The position numbers and the translations under genes are program-made. A stretch of DNA of 64,000 nt, taken from contig CM075993.1 in NCBI GenBank assembly GCA_038087875.1, positions 9,054,001 to 9,118,000 of the forward strand, read 5' to 3'. The notes beneath the pieces were generated by a model. It ran no database searches, was not told the origin of the DNA, and worked only from the letters and a program-made list of their open reading frames with translations. Each line of letters opens with the position of its first letter. Within the stretch, counting starts at the first letter, position 1. Origin of the DNA: Malacoraja senta (lineage: Eukaryota). Of this stretch, positions 1-12,666 are shown in pieces.

Positions 1-584
1 CTCAACACTATTTGATCTCAGTGCTGTTGGGGCCGGGGTCCTGACAGCATCTAGAGTTGGTGGAGGACTGGCAATGCCAGTTTGCCAAGGTGGTGTAAAG
101 TGCAAGGAGGGAGCACCAGCTAGAGTCTGGACTTTGCATTGATGTAATTCCTTGCAAGATCTTTATCTTGTGGACACGAAAGTCCACGAAACCTAAACCT
201 ATGAAAAATACGGGCAATCAATGAGCCTTGACAGGATGCATTCCAAATTACTCAGCTTTGCATCTTTCAGTAAGTCAATGATCATGACTTGTTCCATCTA
301 TCTTGTCCCACATCATCAGACAACCACTTAAAATCAGCAAGATGAAAATTCTGATTGCTGTCAAACTATATATTGTTCCAACAAAGTAAGAAACTGGTCA
401 GAATGTGTGCATCTAGACATGTGTGTGGAGCAAAGTATCATATGCAGCACAGTTGCTCCCAATACACTACCAGTGTTTCCATGTGACGACCAGTTGGCAG
501 GAACTGTGTCCTGATAGCCTTCTGACAATGTAAGTGAAATACAATTTGAGGATTTTTGCTCCTTCTCCCAGAGAACTCCAAAGG

Positions 585-868
585 TATAATGTGAAAACAG
601 GACCTTTGGCCCACCAAGTCCACACCGATCACCTGTACATTAGCACTGTCCTACATACTAGGGACAATTTTACAATGTACAGAAGCCCCTTAACCTACAA
701 ACCTGTATGTCTTTGGAGTGTGGGAGGAAACCAGAGCACCCGGAGAATATCTACGCAATCACAAGGAGAACGTACAAATTCAGTACAGACAGCACCCGTA
801 GTCAGGACTATACTTGGGTCTTTGGTGCTATAAGGCTGCAACTCAACCGCTGTGCCACCATGCCGCCC
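585..868 (-). mobile_element. HE1-like V-SINE (tRNA-derived, elasmobranch)
   Basis: V-domain-like core tctttggagtgtgggaggaaaccagagcacccggag; tRNA-like head ending ccgctgtgccaccatgccgccc; CR1/HER1-like tail gaaaacaggacctttggccc. Confidence 0.8.
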
Positions 869-2058
869 TACAGTGAAGTGCTAGTGTTCAATCTAGTTTG
901 GAGTTTCAGTTAATTGAGTGAAATCTGCCATTTTTGAAGTGGAGAATTGTCTATATTATATAAAAACTAGAATCAATATAAGCAAACTCCCATAGTTATT
1001 TATTTCTCATTTGCAAGTCTAACCACAGAGATTGAACAAAAAAGAATGAATTGGAGAATGGCATATACATTTATATGTTATGTATATATGATTAAAGTAC
1101 TTTTTTTTGGGAAATATTGTCCGCTTTTAAACCATCTATCAAGATATGCAAATATCTCAACAACATATTCAAATTATTTATTTTTTGTTAAGTGAACAAG
1201 AGTTCTGTCCAGGATTAAATTCCACACTCCAATTTAGTTTTAACTTAATTCTGAACATCTTTCAGATTGAGATTTCATTTCTAGGCATTAAAACAATGGC
1301 TACACTTTGCATTTAACTTTTTTCCCCTAAAAGTTAGCATGACTACCCTTGATTTGGCTGATTTTATGTTTAATTTAATAATAAATAGTGACCGTAGCAA
1401 ATTTGTTACTTGTCTCGTGCAAAAAAATGCAGTGACTCACAATGATTCATCTGCAATACAGAGCCAATTGTGCTAAGGAGGAGTCACATTTCAGTAAAAA
1501 ATATGGAACAATTATTAAAGGACTTATTTGCTTTGAGCTGATAATAAATCAGAATAATAGATAGGTAGGAGAATGTTGCATGGGTTTAGATGATGGTGAG
1601 AACCATGGGAATAACATTTATTTGTTTCATCTGGAACATAGGATTACATTTCAGACTAATTTATTCTTTGATTCGTTTGCATTTTATGTCCCACATAAAG
1701 TTTTTTTAAGTGCTTCATATGGGAATGTCGAGGAGGTAGTTACAAGATTGAGGTGATGTCATGGAGACCTTTGGTCATAATTGCCAGTAGGATCTGAAAG
1801 TATCCACATTATAAAAGGAATCATGTTCTGGGTGTAATGAATGTACTACTGACTGTAAAATGTTGGTGTTTTCAATGGATGTATTTCCAATGAACATCCT
1901 TTCTTCATAGAATTGCAATAATAACCTTATACTTGAACATTATACTATGAAAAGTTATTAATTGATTGATCGTAATGTAATGTCATTGAACACTCATTTG
2001 TTTCTATTGGGTCGCATGCTAAGGCGAAGCAAATAAGAATCAAAATTAAATTATATTA

Positions 2059-2241
2059 TGCGGTGGAGGCAGGTTCTCTGGATGCTTTCAAGAGAGAGCT
2101 AGATAGGGCTCTTAAAAATAGTGGAGTCAAGGGATATGGGGAGAAGGCAAGAGCGGGGTACTGATTGGGGATGATCAGCCATGATCACATTGAATGGCGG
2201 TGCTGGCTCGAAGAGCCTACTCCTGCACCTATTGTCTATTG
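2059..2241 (+). mobile_element. CR1/HER1 LINE 3' end fragment
   Basis: ggatgctttcaagagagagctagatagggctc...ctactcctgcacctattgtctattg; the same 3' end recurs at 12810, 39226, 46553 and 63236. Confidence 0.8.
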
Positions 2242-3256
2242 ATATATCATGCACAATTTTTTAACTGAATTGGCCAATACCTGAGAGCGAATTATGCGAT
2301 TGAAACTTTAGTTATAGATATTGTAAGTTTGGAAAAATAGCACAGATATTAACTATTAAAAATATAATCCCAATTAAGTAATACTTAAGTAAACAAGATT
2401 AACATTGTCCATGGCTATTCAGAATATTGTATTGATGCAATACTTTCTCAGGATACTTGTGCTATATAGTGTCATTCTACTGGTAAGATGCAGGAAAAGG
2501 ATACAACCCTTTTAAGGCTACAAAGTAAAATTGTTCTTAAGTCAATCTAGCTTCATGCCAATCAAAGTTGAATTTTTGTTTGGTGAGGAAACTTGGCATA
2601 CTGGAAACACTGGTCCAAAATATCCAGTCTTAACAAAAAGTTATTATTTTCCATCCATGATATTCTGTGGTCTAGCACCGTCGATACATAAATCATAAAT
2701 AATTGGCTATGACCTATCTACAGTATTTACATATTATCATAGTCCCTTACTAAGAATTAGTAATGAATTTTAATGAGATGGAAATATTTCACTTAATACT
2801 GGTTGCGAAGACTGGAGATCTATCCAAAAAAGTAAAAATACAGCATCTTAATGACTAGACGATAAACAAAATAATTTGTATAAACATTCTAATTTGAACA
2901 ATTGGGTTACAAAAATGTGAGCACTTGTACTTATATTAGTATTTCATCTCCAAATAACTGCACATCAATAAATAAAGTTGTGATTACTTAGAGTTGTGAT
3001 ATCTAAGCTCTAAATTTAAAGAATATATTAAGCATTTCTGGAATTGCAGCCACCTACCATCTCTAATAAGCTATTAAAATCGCTCCAAGAAATATTCATA
3101 CCTTGTTTTCGAAGTGCAGGTCTGCCACTCTATTAAAACAGTGGTATGATTCTACATAGAAAACAAATGAGACAACAAGTATGTCATGTATTGTCTGAAA
3201 TGTAGAGGTTACTTTCATAGATTGACTGAATGCTTTGATCAATTTTTCTTTGATAG

Positions 3257-3385
3257 ATAACAATGAATGTATCGCTGAAACAAATATGTGTGGATCTAAA
3301 GGAGTATGCCAGAATACTCCAGGCAGCTTTCAGTGTGAATGCCAACGTGGATATTTACTGGATCAAACTGGCCATGGCTGTGAAG
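3257..3385 (+). CDS. fbn1: Fibrillin-1 exon, cbEGF domain (DNNECIAETNMCGSKGVCQNTPGSFQCECQRGYLLDQTGHGCE)
   Basis: Polypyrimidine tract + tgatAG acceptor ending at 3256, G|gtaat donor at 3386. 129 bp, phase 1-1. Six-cysteine calcium-binding EGF closely resembling human FBN1 DNNECTSDINLCGSKGICQNTPGSFTCECQRGF. Confidence 0.95.
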
Positions 3386-4432
3386 GTAATAGAATCACAA
3401 AAAAAGTAACAGTATATCATTCCTTTCAAATAATTATGATATGATTAATAATTTAATAATGTTGCATTCCAAAGCCAGCATAATAAACTATGCTTAAATA
3501 GTTATCTTTGCATTTATTATTTGTTCAAAATGCCCAGACAGAATATCTAGTAATCATGAAATGATCACAATTTCAAACATGAACTATATTATATCACATT
3601 TAAATTAGATATAAATATTTACACAATCATGTTAAAGTAGATTTCATGAGGAAATTTGTTCATTTGGGTTTTAGATTTTCTAATATATCAATATTCAGAT
3701 ACAAATTGATTAGATTATGTTGAGATACTACCAACAACGAAAAATGTGCATATCATAAATTCTTAGTTGATAGTTGAATCAAAAAGCTTGGGAGAATTTT
3801 AACTCCTAAAATTGACAGCTCCGCATCAAAAAGAATGGTAAACTAATAATAATATCTGAAGACTTGACCCAACCTGTCCATTTTTAGTTTAAAGAAAGTG
3901 AGATAAAAAAGAAGTGGGCTAGCAACATGATTCAGGAGGCATATTAGCAACTTAAATATTCTTATCTATCACTGCGGATACATTAGATGTAGTGTTTACC
4001 TTCAAATGATTCCAATTTAAATATCTTCACAAGTTCGCTGAATGTAGGGGCTATATCAGCTGAAATCCACTTATTTGCTCTATCCACCATCCATGATCAG
4101 ATAGCCTGCCCCATTGATACTTCATTTTTTTCTCAGCTCAACATCTTTCTAATGTCTTCTTTTCCCACCAGGCATTCCAACTTTTCCACTAAAACTTCCC
4201 ATTCCAACCTATACTACCTGATCACACATGCTCTCCTCTACATTCCCTGACTGCATCCTAGTGTTGAATTCTTATACCTGACAATCAGGCAAGTTTTCAA
4301 ATAGACTTTTCAGTGTGGCTTGCTGAAGTTGATGGATAGAGTAAAAAAAACTAATCAGATCCTACCAGGTTTTGTGATCACAAGGCAGCCTCCACTGTTC
4401 CCCTCAGTCTTCAGAATTATACCCTGGCTTTT

Positions 4433-4782
4433 TAATAATAATAATAATAATAATGGATTGGATTTATATAGCGCCTTTCTAATACTCAAGGCGCTTTACA
4501 TCGCATTATTCATTCACTCCTCAGTCACACTCGGTGGTGGTGAGCTACTTCTGTAGCCACAGCTGCCCTGGGGCAGACTGACGGAAGCGTGGCTGCTAAT
4601 CTGCGCCAAGGCCCCTCCGACCACCACCAATCACTCACACACATTCACACACATTCACACGCAGGCAAAGGTGGGTGAAGTGTCTTGCCCAAGGATACAA
4701 CGACAGTATGCACTCCAAGCGGGATTCGAACCGGCTACCTTCTGGTTGCCAGCCGAACACTTAGCCCATTGCGCCATCTGTC
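4433..4782 (-). mobile_element. tRNA-derived CORE-type SINE with an L2-type 3' tail and (ATT)n end
   Basis: On the minus strand: box A TGGCGCAATGGG, box B GGTTCGAATCC, CORE-like gttgtatccttgggcaagacacttcaccca, tail tgtaaagcgccttgag...gcgctatataaat followed by (ATT)n. Confidence 0.8.
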
Positions 4783-5379
4783 ATTGAAAGACTTGAACAC
4801 ACCACCAAACCATGATGTTCTGTGTGTGGAGATATGCAATGTACATTTCAAGTCAAGAATGTGTTTATTCTTGTCAAAAGGTACTACAGTAATCTTAGAC
4901 AGATTTTGATTGTGGTCTTCATTCATCCATGTAAATACTTTGTTTAATTCAGTTGAGTTTGTTACCAAGACTACCATTGTCAAGCTGCATGTTATCATTT
5001 GGTTGGGTCAGACTTCATGCTCAGAACAGACTTTTTAAAGTTGGCCAGAATCAGAGGGAAATTATAACAGCTGACTCCAACTAACATCAGTTGGGAATAA
5101 ATCTTATTATACTTGTCTCATAAAAGTACAGCCAAAATAACCCACATAACAGCTGAATCTTAGTGACCAATCTGAACTTTATTGTTGCTATGTAAGCTCA
5201 TAAATACTCAGCAGGGCAATCACTGGAGATTTTCAGTAATGGAAAAATAAAAAAGAGAAAAGTTGAGAATATGTAAACATACATTGTAATTATAATAAAT
5301 TACAATCCAACAAAAAAACAATTCATATTGAATGTAGCCACTAAAGTGTCTGTTATTTCTTTTCTGAATAATTTGCCAG

Positions 5380-5499
5380 ATGTTGATGAATGTGAGGGAA
5401 GCCATCGTTGCCAACACGGCTGTCAGAATTTGGTCGGCGGATATCGATGCAGTTGTCCACATGGTTACCTACAGCACTATCAATGGAATCAGTGTGTTG
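5380..5499 (+). CDS. fbn1: Fibrillin-1 exon, cbEGF domain ([40 protein letters not shown])
   Basis: tttgccAG acceptor ending at 5379. 120 bp. Ends TGT GTT G|gcaagt (GC donor). The diagnostic fibrillin peptide [11 protein letters not shown] lies in a frame not shown in the ORF track. Confidence 0.95.
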
Positions 5500-6144
5500 G
5501 CAAGTAACCTTTTTTTTCCAAATTGTATCAAGAAAGCAAATATATTAAGTGAAGGAATCCTTTTCACCATTTTGACAGTAATTTGTAATTATTTCAACTC
5601 AATTTTAAGTTTTCCTCTTAGCACTCCCAACTCTTTAAAACTATTAGTATATAAGTGGAGATTAACAGTTTTTGATAAAATGTTAGACAGCCTCTTCCAA
5701 ATTTGGAACACTTCAGGTGGTTCCATCCACAGAAGAACCAAGAATAATTAAAATGTCTGCATATCAGGGAGGCTAAAGTACCATTTGATTTTTAAGCACT
5801 GTTAGTTCCAATATGACAACTGATGAATTTACCCAAGTTTGTATTGCCCAGTTAATGCCCATAAGAGGAATATGGCGCAGGCAGATTGTGATATCAGTCA
5901 ACAACAAATCAGATTTGTCGCCAGAACTGTGAAATTCGATCTCAGCCCATTACTTAATATGCTCCCTCATGCTTTGCAGCAAAATGTACAATATGCTCCC
6001 TCATGCTTATGCAACCAAAGGAAGTACCTCAACACAACTCCACCTCCACTCCATAAATGCTATTTTTAAAAGCATCAACTGCTTGTGTTAGAACACAATT
6101 GATTTGCCTGAAATTTACACACCTCAGGTTCTGCTTAAAAGTCC

Positions 6145-6372
6145 ATAGAGTCATAGAGTGATACAGCGTGAAAACAGGCCCTTCAGCCCAACTTGCCCAC
6201 ACTGGCAATGTGTCCCAGCTACACTAGTCCTACCTGCCCACGTTTGGCTCTTATCCCTCCAAACCTGTCCTATCCATGTACTTGTCTAACTGTTTCGTAA
6301 ATGTTGGGATAGTCCCTGTCTCAACTACCTCCTCTGGCAGCTTGCTCCATACCCCCACCCCCCTTTGTATGC
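6145..6372 (-). mobile_element. CR1/HER1 LINE 3' fragment
   Basis: catagagtcatagagtgatacagcgtgaaaacaggcccttc...; homologous to 44058-44290 and 36780-36890. Confidence 0.75.
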
Positions 6373-8731
6373 AAAGGGTTCAACATTAGCACCAAACTCA
6401 TCTCTGCTCCCTGATAATTCACACACTTTTTCTGCCAGGCTTGCTAATGTACCAAGTATTTCATTGTGCATAATTACCCAGTTGAAGTCCTGATCTGAGT
6501 TCTCAGCAGAATTTGTGCGTGAACCTCAGTCTCTGAAAACGTGGCACCTGGACTACCCTGCCTCGTTATGAATTTGTCATTGGCAGGATGTGGATATCAG
6601 TGGCAATGCTGGTGTTTATTGTTCACCCCTAATTCCCCCTGAACTAGGGAGGCAGTTAAGAATCAACCGCATTGGTGAGTCTGGCCCAGACTATGTAAGG
6701 ATTGCAGATATTCTTACTGGAATATCTTTTGTCCTGTGCTGGCACAGCTGATCAATTGAACGGTGCTCATCCCATCTGGTAATTTATTCTAAATTATGTT
6801 TTCAGTTGATTGAAAGTAAAAGGGTGAAATAATAGTGAGGGACATGTTTTCTAAACACCTGCCTTTTTTTTCCTTCAGTGTTCCTTAAACTCCTATCATT
6901 TTAGGTTGTCTATCTCAATTACATTATATGGTTTATGTCAAATTGTGTGTTGATAGTCCATTTTACCTCAATAAATATGCTATTGAAATAGCCTGTTATT
7001 ACTATTTGGGTTAAAATCAATTTAGATACAAGAGAAATCTTGTTTTCAACTGAATCAATGCTTCTATACATCAATCTATTGCATGTAGCATCCAATCTGT
7101 GCCTTATTTCAAGGTTTAGACAATGTTTTATCTGCAGTTTGTTTATCTAGTAAACTTAAGACAGAACCAAAGACCTCTGCTTAAAATATTATAATGCATT
7201 AAAAAAGTCAGTCATACAATTGGCAGTGCTCAGGGTCCACGGTAATTCTGTGCTTAAACAATGACATTTTCAAAGGAGTATTTTCCTACCTGTTTGTTTT
7301 CAGATTGCTTAAAATTATTTTTTAATTTATTTTCCCAAAAGATGAAAAAAAATGCAGTACACTACTGTTGAAAATAGATTTCCTTGTCTTTAAGTGCCTG
7401 ATGGGAAATTCCACCCTGATTTTCTGTTGAGATTTTTATCAGCACAAGAAACATTTTTCCTTCATAAAAGCACCATAAATGGTACCAGTAATAGTGGAAA
7501 CCCAATTTTAATCTCCAATGTAATTTTGAACCTCACTAGTCTAAAAAACAAAGTTCCTGTTTATCATAGAGTGACCAGCTTTTACTAATCGTGTTCCCGT
7601 GAAACCATGCTGCTTTAAAGGCCAGCTTTTAATCTATACTATTTGCCATACTGCTCCACAATATTCAGCAACCTTACTGCATATTCTACCGTTAAAATCT
7701 GTGACTGTAAAAATAGTTTCATACACAACACTGTACTGTTTTGTTTATAAGCATCATGTCCATGGTCTTCCACACGTTTCTTAGCTTCAGGATTATTCTG
7801 ATTTTAGCCACGTTTTATAGATTATTGCTCATTGCAGAATGAAGGTTATCCAAGCTCCATGCATAAGTAGAGAACATTTCTTTTTTTTTTCCATCAGCCA
7901 GAGGAGCAAACAGACTGCAGAGGAATTTACTATCAATGCAAGCTTCCAAAAATTGCAAATATTCATAAACTGCACTCATATTGAGTTATTCCTTACCAAA
8001 TGCTCCATTTGCACCAAGGACATGTCTCTTGTGAGCTGTGATTTTTACCAACTTTACATGGTCACTCTGAGACTCAGGGGGCACATTCCATTCTTGAAGC
8101 AAGAGCACTCTCTTGGAATGAGATGGTGCTAGTTTTGTGCCTTTGTCCCGATAGGAGCTGCCTCCTACACTTGTAGCTGCAAGGTTAAGTGCTGGTATAT
8201 GGGAAATCTTACAATAGTCCAACACAGTAAAACTCCAAAACTGACATAGTACACATCCCACTGGGAAACCTGATAAATCCTTTGGAGAATCTTTATGGAC
8301 GATTTAAAATAGCAAAGGTGTGCTCATAAATGGGAGAGGGGGATTCTAGCCAACAATCTCTTCAAAATGTATGTAATATGTATGTAATTCCACAATATAT
8401 GTAAATATCATCAACTGATCCATTTAATCAATAGCAACTCACATTGGTAGGTATTGATCAGCCCTTCACAGAAAACTATTTTGCTCTCATCTTCTGGACA
8501 TAGACCATCTCTGTGGCTGTATCTCTGTACTCTTAGTCCACTACAATAAGCTGACAATGGAATTTATTTTTCTGGAAAGTTTTACCTTGTGACTTTCGAC
8601 GGATAAGAGATTACATAGGGATCCCATCTCCCTGTCCTGATTACAAATGCTAGCTGAATAAATAATACAGCGCATTCAGAAAGTATTCAGACCCCTTCAC
8701 TTTTTCCACATTTTGTTACGTTACAACCTTA

Positions 8732-9324
8732 AGGGCCTGTCCCACTTAGGCAATTTTTTTAGCGACTGCCAGCGACAGTCACAGTCGTAGCAGGTCAGCG
8801 AAAAACCAGCTACTGGACCACCTATGTCTATGACAACCTACCACCTAGTCGACAAGCTACGGCAAGCTACCGACAACCGGCGACCCAATAGGACATCCAC
8901 CTATAACAACCTACAGGCTACAACCGAAGTCAACCTAGGTCCACCCGCGACAAGCTACGACCCTGTCGGCGACAACTGAAGACAATTCAGTCGCCGGTAC
9001 TTGTCGCCGGTTGACGTAGGTTGATGTAGGTACTCGTCGATGGAATTCATTGAAGTCATCACCCGGCGACAACCTACGTCACCTGGCGAGAACTTGCATC
9101 ATCCTGGCGACAACCTACGACAGGAGTAGACAAGCTACGTCAAGCCTACAATCACTGAAAGGTTTTGAACATTTCAAAATCCAGCGCCGACCAGAAAAAA
9201 ATTGCGTGTCTTTAGGAGACTTGAGGAGACAACTCACGACCATGCAGGCGTCACCCCGTGACCATGTGGCGACAGCCTAGTCGCCTGTAGTCGCCAAAAA
9301 AATCGCCTAAATGGGACTGGCCCT
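8732..9324. mobile_element. PIF/Harbinger-type MITE nested in the Tc1 left TIR
   Basis: TIRs AGGGCCTGTCCCACTTAGGCAATTTTTTT / AAAAAAATCGCCTAAATGGGACTGGCCCT (3 mismatches in 29). TTA TSD at 8729-31 and 9325-27. Internal cgacaa(c/g)ctac repeats. Confidence 0.9.
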
Positions 9325-9658
9325 TTAATTTTAAATTGATTACTTTTTTTTTATCATCAATCGACACACAATACCCCAGAATGAAGAAGTGAAAACAGGT
9401 GTTTAGAAATTTTTGCAAAGTAATTAAAAATAAAAAACTGAAATATCACATTTACGTAAGTATTCAGACCCTTTGCAATGACACTCAAAATTGAGCTTAG
9501 GTTCATCCTGTTCCATTGATTATCCTTGAGATGTTTCTACAACTTGATTGGAGTCCACCAGTGGTAAATTAAATTGATTGGACATGATTTAGAAAGGTAC
9601 ACATCTGTCTATATTAGGTCCCACAGTTGAAAGTGCGTGTCAGAGCAAAAACCAAGCC

Positions 9659-10640
9659 ATGAAGACGAAGGAATTGCCGTAGACCTCCAAAATAGAATTG
9701 TGTCAATACACAGATCTGGTGAAGGGTGTAAAACAATTTCTGCAGCATTGCAGGTCCCGAAGAGCACAGTGGCCTCCGTCATTCTTAAATGGAAGAACTT
9801 TGGAACCACCAGGACTCTTCATAGAGCTGGCCGCCCGGCCAAACTGAGCAATCAGGGGAGAAGGGCCTTGGTCAGGGAGATGACCAAGAACCTGATGGTC
9901 ACTCTGACTCCAGAGTTCCTCTGTGGAGATGGGAGAACCTTCCAGAAGGACAACTATATCTGCAGCATTCCACCAATCAGGCTTTTATGGTAGAGTGGCC
10001 AGACGGAAGCCACTCCTCAGAAAAAGGCACATGCAGCCCGCTTGGAGTTTGCAAAAAGGCACCTAGAGGACTCTCAGACCATGAGAAACAAGATTCACTG
10101 GTCTGATGAAACCAAGATTGAACTCTTTGGCCTAAATGCCAAGCGTCATGCCTGGAGGAAACCAGGCACCGCTTATCACCTGGCCAATACCATACCTACG
10201 GTGAAGAATGGTGGTGGCAGCATAATGCTGTGTGGATGTTTTTCAGCGGCAGGAACTGGGAGACTAGTCAGGATCGAGGTAAAGATGAATGGAGCAAAGT
10301 ACAGAGAGATCCTTGATGAAAACCCGCTCCAGAGCATTCTGGACCTCAGACTGGGGCAGAGGTTCACCTTCCAACGTGACAAGTCTGTGAATGTCCTTGA
10401 GTGTCTGTGAGTGTCCTTGAGTGGCCCAGGCAGAGCCCGGACTTGAACCCGATCAAACTTCTCTGGAGGGACCTGAAAATAGTTGGGCATCGACGCTCCC
10501 CATCCAACCTGACAGAGCTTGAGAGAATCTGCAGGGAAGAATGGGAGAAATTACCCAAATACTGGTGTGCCAAGCTTGTACCGTCATACCCAAGAAGACT
10601 TGAGGCTGTAATCGCTGCCAAAGGTGCCTCAAGAAAGTAA
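9659..10640 (+). pseudogene. Tc1 transposase pseudogene
   Basis: GRPAKLS, WSDETKIELFG, PTVKNGGGSIM and WPRQSPDLNPIK motifs spread over several frames. The QDNDPKH segment (second D) is deleted near 10375, the catalytic E is K, and there is a ~20-bp tandem duplication at ~10385-10422. Confidence 0.92.
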
Positions 10641-11267
10641 CGAGTAAAGGGTTTGAATATTTATGTAAATGTGATATTTCAGTTATTTATTTTTAATTAC
10701 TTTGCAAAAATGTCTAAACACTTATTTTCGCTTCTTCATTCTGGGGTATTGTGTGTAGATTGATGATGAAAAAATAATTTAATCAATTTTAGAATAAGGC
10801 TGTAACGTAACAAAATGTGGAAAAAGTGAAGGGGTCTGAATACTTTCTGAATGCACTGTATGTTTTTTACGAATGGCTAGACCTGCAATCATATTGATCA
10901 GTGGTCTCCAATGACAGCCTAACGTGAACCAGAACCTGACCCTTTCTTGGTGAGGGAAGAATCTAAATAATTCATTCTTAACCACAGCCCCACAAAAGTA
11001 GAAATTACCGAGCCAAGATTTTATTTGCCAAGAAGAGCTGAATAAATTTTCTCTTTTTTAACTTAGAAAACTAGGAATGTATTACGAGGTTAAATTATCC
11101 AACACAATTAACGATTGGCAACAAAAAATCTTCAAAACCATTTAAAGATGTACCTATTCTATTTTGAACCTGTCTTTTCATTTTCTGTGTGTATGATCTT
11201 ATTGATAACTATTTACAATTATCTACATTGTTTTAATTCAAATTGTACCCAGAATATTTAAGCAAGA

Positions 11268-12666
11268 CTAGACCAGGTGCGGACCCATTGGACCCAGTCC
11301 CCCAAGGCAATATTCCACCACTGACCCATAGCCCACAACTGCACAGGCGCGGCTGAGGGGTTCCCGTTGTGATGCCAGAGATCCCCGTTGTGACTCGAGT
11401 CACGGCAACCCTCCCCAACTGCGCCTCGCCATCCCTTTTCCTACCCCTATCCTCCATTTCCCCTTATCACCCAGCACTCCCTCCCCCTCCTCTGCACCCT
11501 CCCTCTTCTTTCCCCTCTCCTCCTCCCCTCCCCATTACCTCACCTCCCCATTCCCTCACCTCTCCCTCCCTCTCCTTTCCCCTACCCTCAGTCACTCCCT
11601 CCCTCCATAACCCATCTCCCCTCCCTACACCCCTCCTCTCCTTCTATCTCCCTGGTCCCCACTACTCAACTCCCCCCTAGCCCACTCCCCTCCTCACCTC
11701 CCCCATGCCCTCCTTTCCATCTATCCCCTACTCCCTACCTCCCCCTTCTCTCCCTTTATCCCCACTCCATCCTCACCTCCCACATTTTCCCCTCCCTCTC
11801 TCCTCCCTACCCCCCTCCTCTCTCTATCCCCCTGCTACCCCATTCCTCACCTCCCCCCTAACCCGCACCCCCCACAATGAAAAAAGCAATGTGAAAAAAA
11901 AATGAAACCTCCCCCCTATCCCACCCCCCCCCCCCCCCCCCACTACAATGAAAATTGCAATGTTTTTTTTAATGAAATCCTCAATGAAAACGCAGTTTTT
12001 TCTTTAAAATAACCTAAACATAATGTTAGCTGTGAATTAAAACGGAAGAATTTGTTAAAACTGAGTTTTTTTGAAAATCAATTTTTTTTTAATGTAAATG
12101 AGATTCGGGATCATGTGTGATGTCATTGTGGCGTTGAACGTGGCTGACGGGCACGGCAAGTGGAAAAGTGGTTTAAAACGTGATTTTTGTAAAGTTTAAA
12201 ATGTCGATAACCTGTAAAATGGTCCATCAATCTGAACGAAACTTGTTTGATTTACATCACAGGCCAATGGTGAGTAAGGTGGGCCAAAAATTAGGGGCCT
12301 TGGTGGAGCTTACTGTACATGTTGTGCCTGCCAGTTACTCCGAGCCTGGTTCGACAGGCTGCTCCTTCGGGGCCTTGGCTGAGCTTGCTATACAGGTCGT
12401 GCCTGGCAGTTTACTCCGAGGCCGGCCGCCTGCTCCCTTCCGGAGCCTCAACGGCGGTAGCTGTACAGTCTCTCCGAGCCCGCTGAATCTATTTTCGGAT
12501 CCAGTGGGCCGTTCCTGAAAGAAAAACGTCTTATCTGCCGGAGCATTTTCCAATGGCTCCGAATCCCGCGCCATGGGTGGACGTATTGACGCGCATGCGG
12601 GCTGGCGGGTTCTTCACGCAGTCTCTCACGAGACTTCAAGATAAAATAGAGTGTCAGTTTTAGAAG
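11268..12666 (-). mobile_element. Non-autonomous Helitron-like element with a long C-rich tract
   Basis: A|CTAGaccaggtgcggacccattgg = reverse complement of a Helitron 3' end (degenerate hairpin + CTAG|T). Putative 5' end cagttttagaag resembles those at 15146, 15683 and 17173. Right boundary approximate. Confidence 0.65.

Larger units (their letters stand above)
8668..10858 (+). mobile_element. Tc1/mariner DNA transposon (IR/DR type), full length, inactive
   Basis: TA TSDs (8666-67, 10859-60). Long TIRs CAG(C/T)GCATTCAGAAAGTATTCAGACCCC... with inner direct repeat aagtattcagaccc (~9458). The left TIR is split by a MITE. Confidence 0.95.

Noticed and set aside
169..193. gtggac-acgaaa-gtccac-gaaac hairpin resembling hammerhead stem II + GAAAC
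   Set aside because: No CTGANGA box upstream and no cleavage triplet.
4700..4782. tRNA gene on the minus strand
   Set aside because: The A and B boxes belong to a SINE head; no complete cloverleaf or acceptor stem, and the sequence continues into a CORE region and LINE tail.
5380..5751. 123-aa [13 protein letters not shown]...
   Set aside because: Wrong frame over the fbn1 exon; the real frame is the cbEGF ending at 5499.
11369..11905. Proline/serine-rich ORFs (also the Gly/Arg/Pro-rich ORFs at 14362-14949, 16084-16927 and 53237-53865)
   Set aside because: By-products of C- or G-rich low-complexity tracts inside non-autonomous transposons; no domain signal or splice structure.
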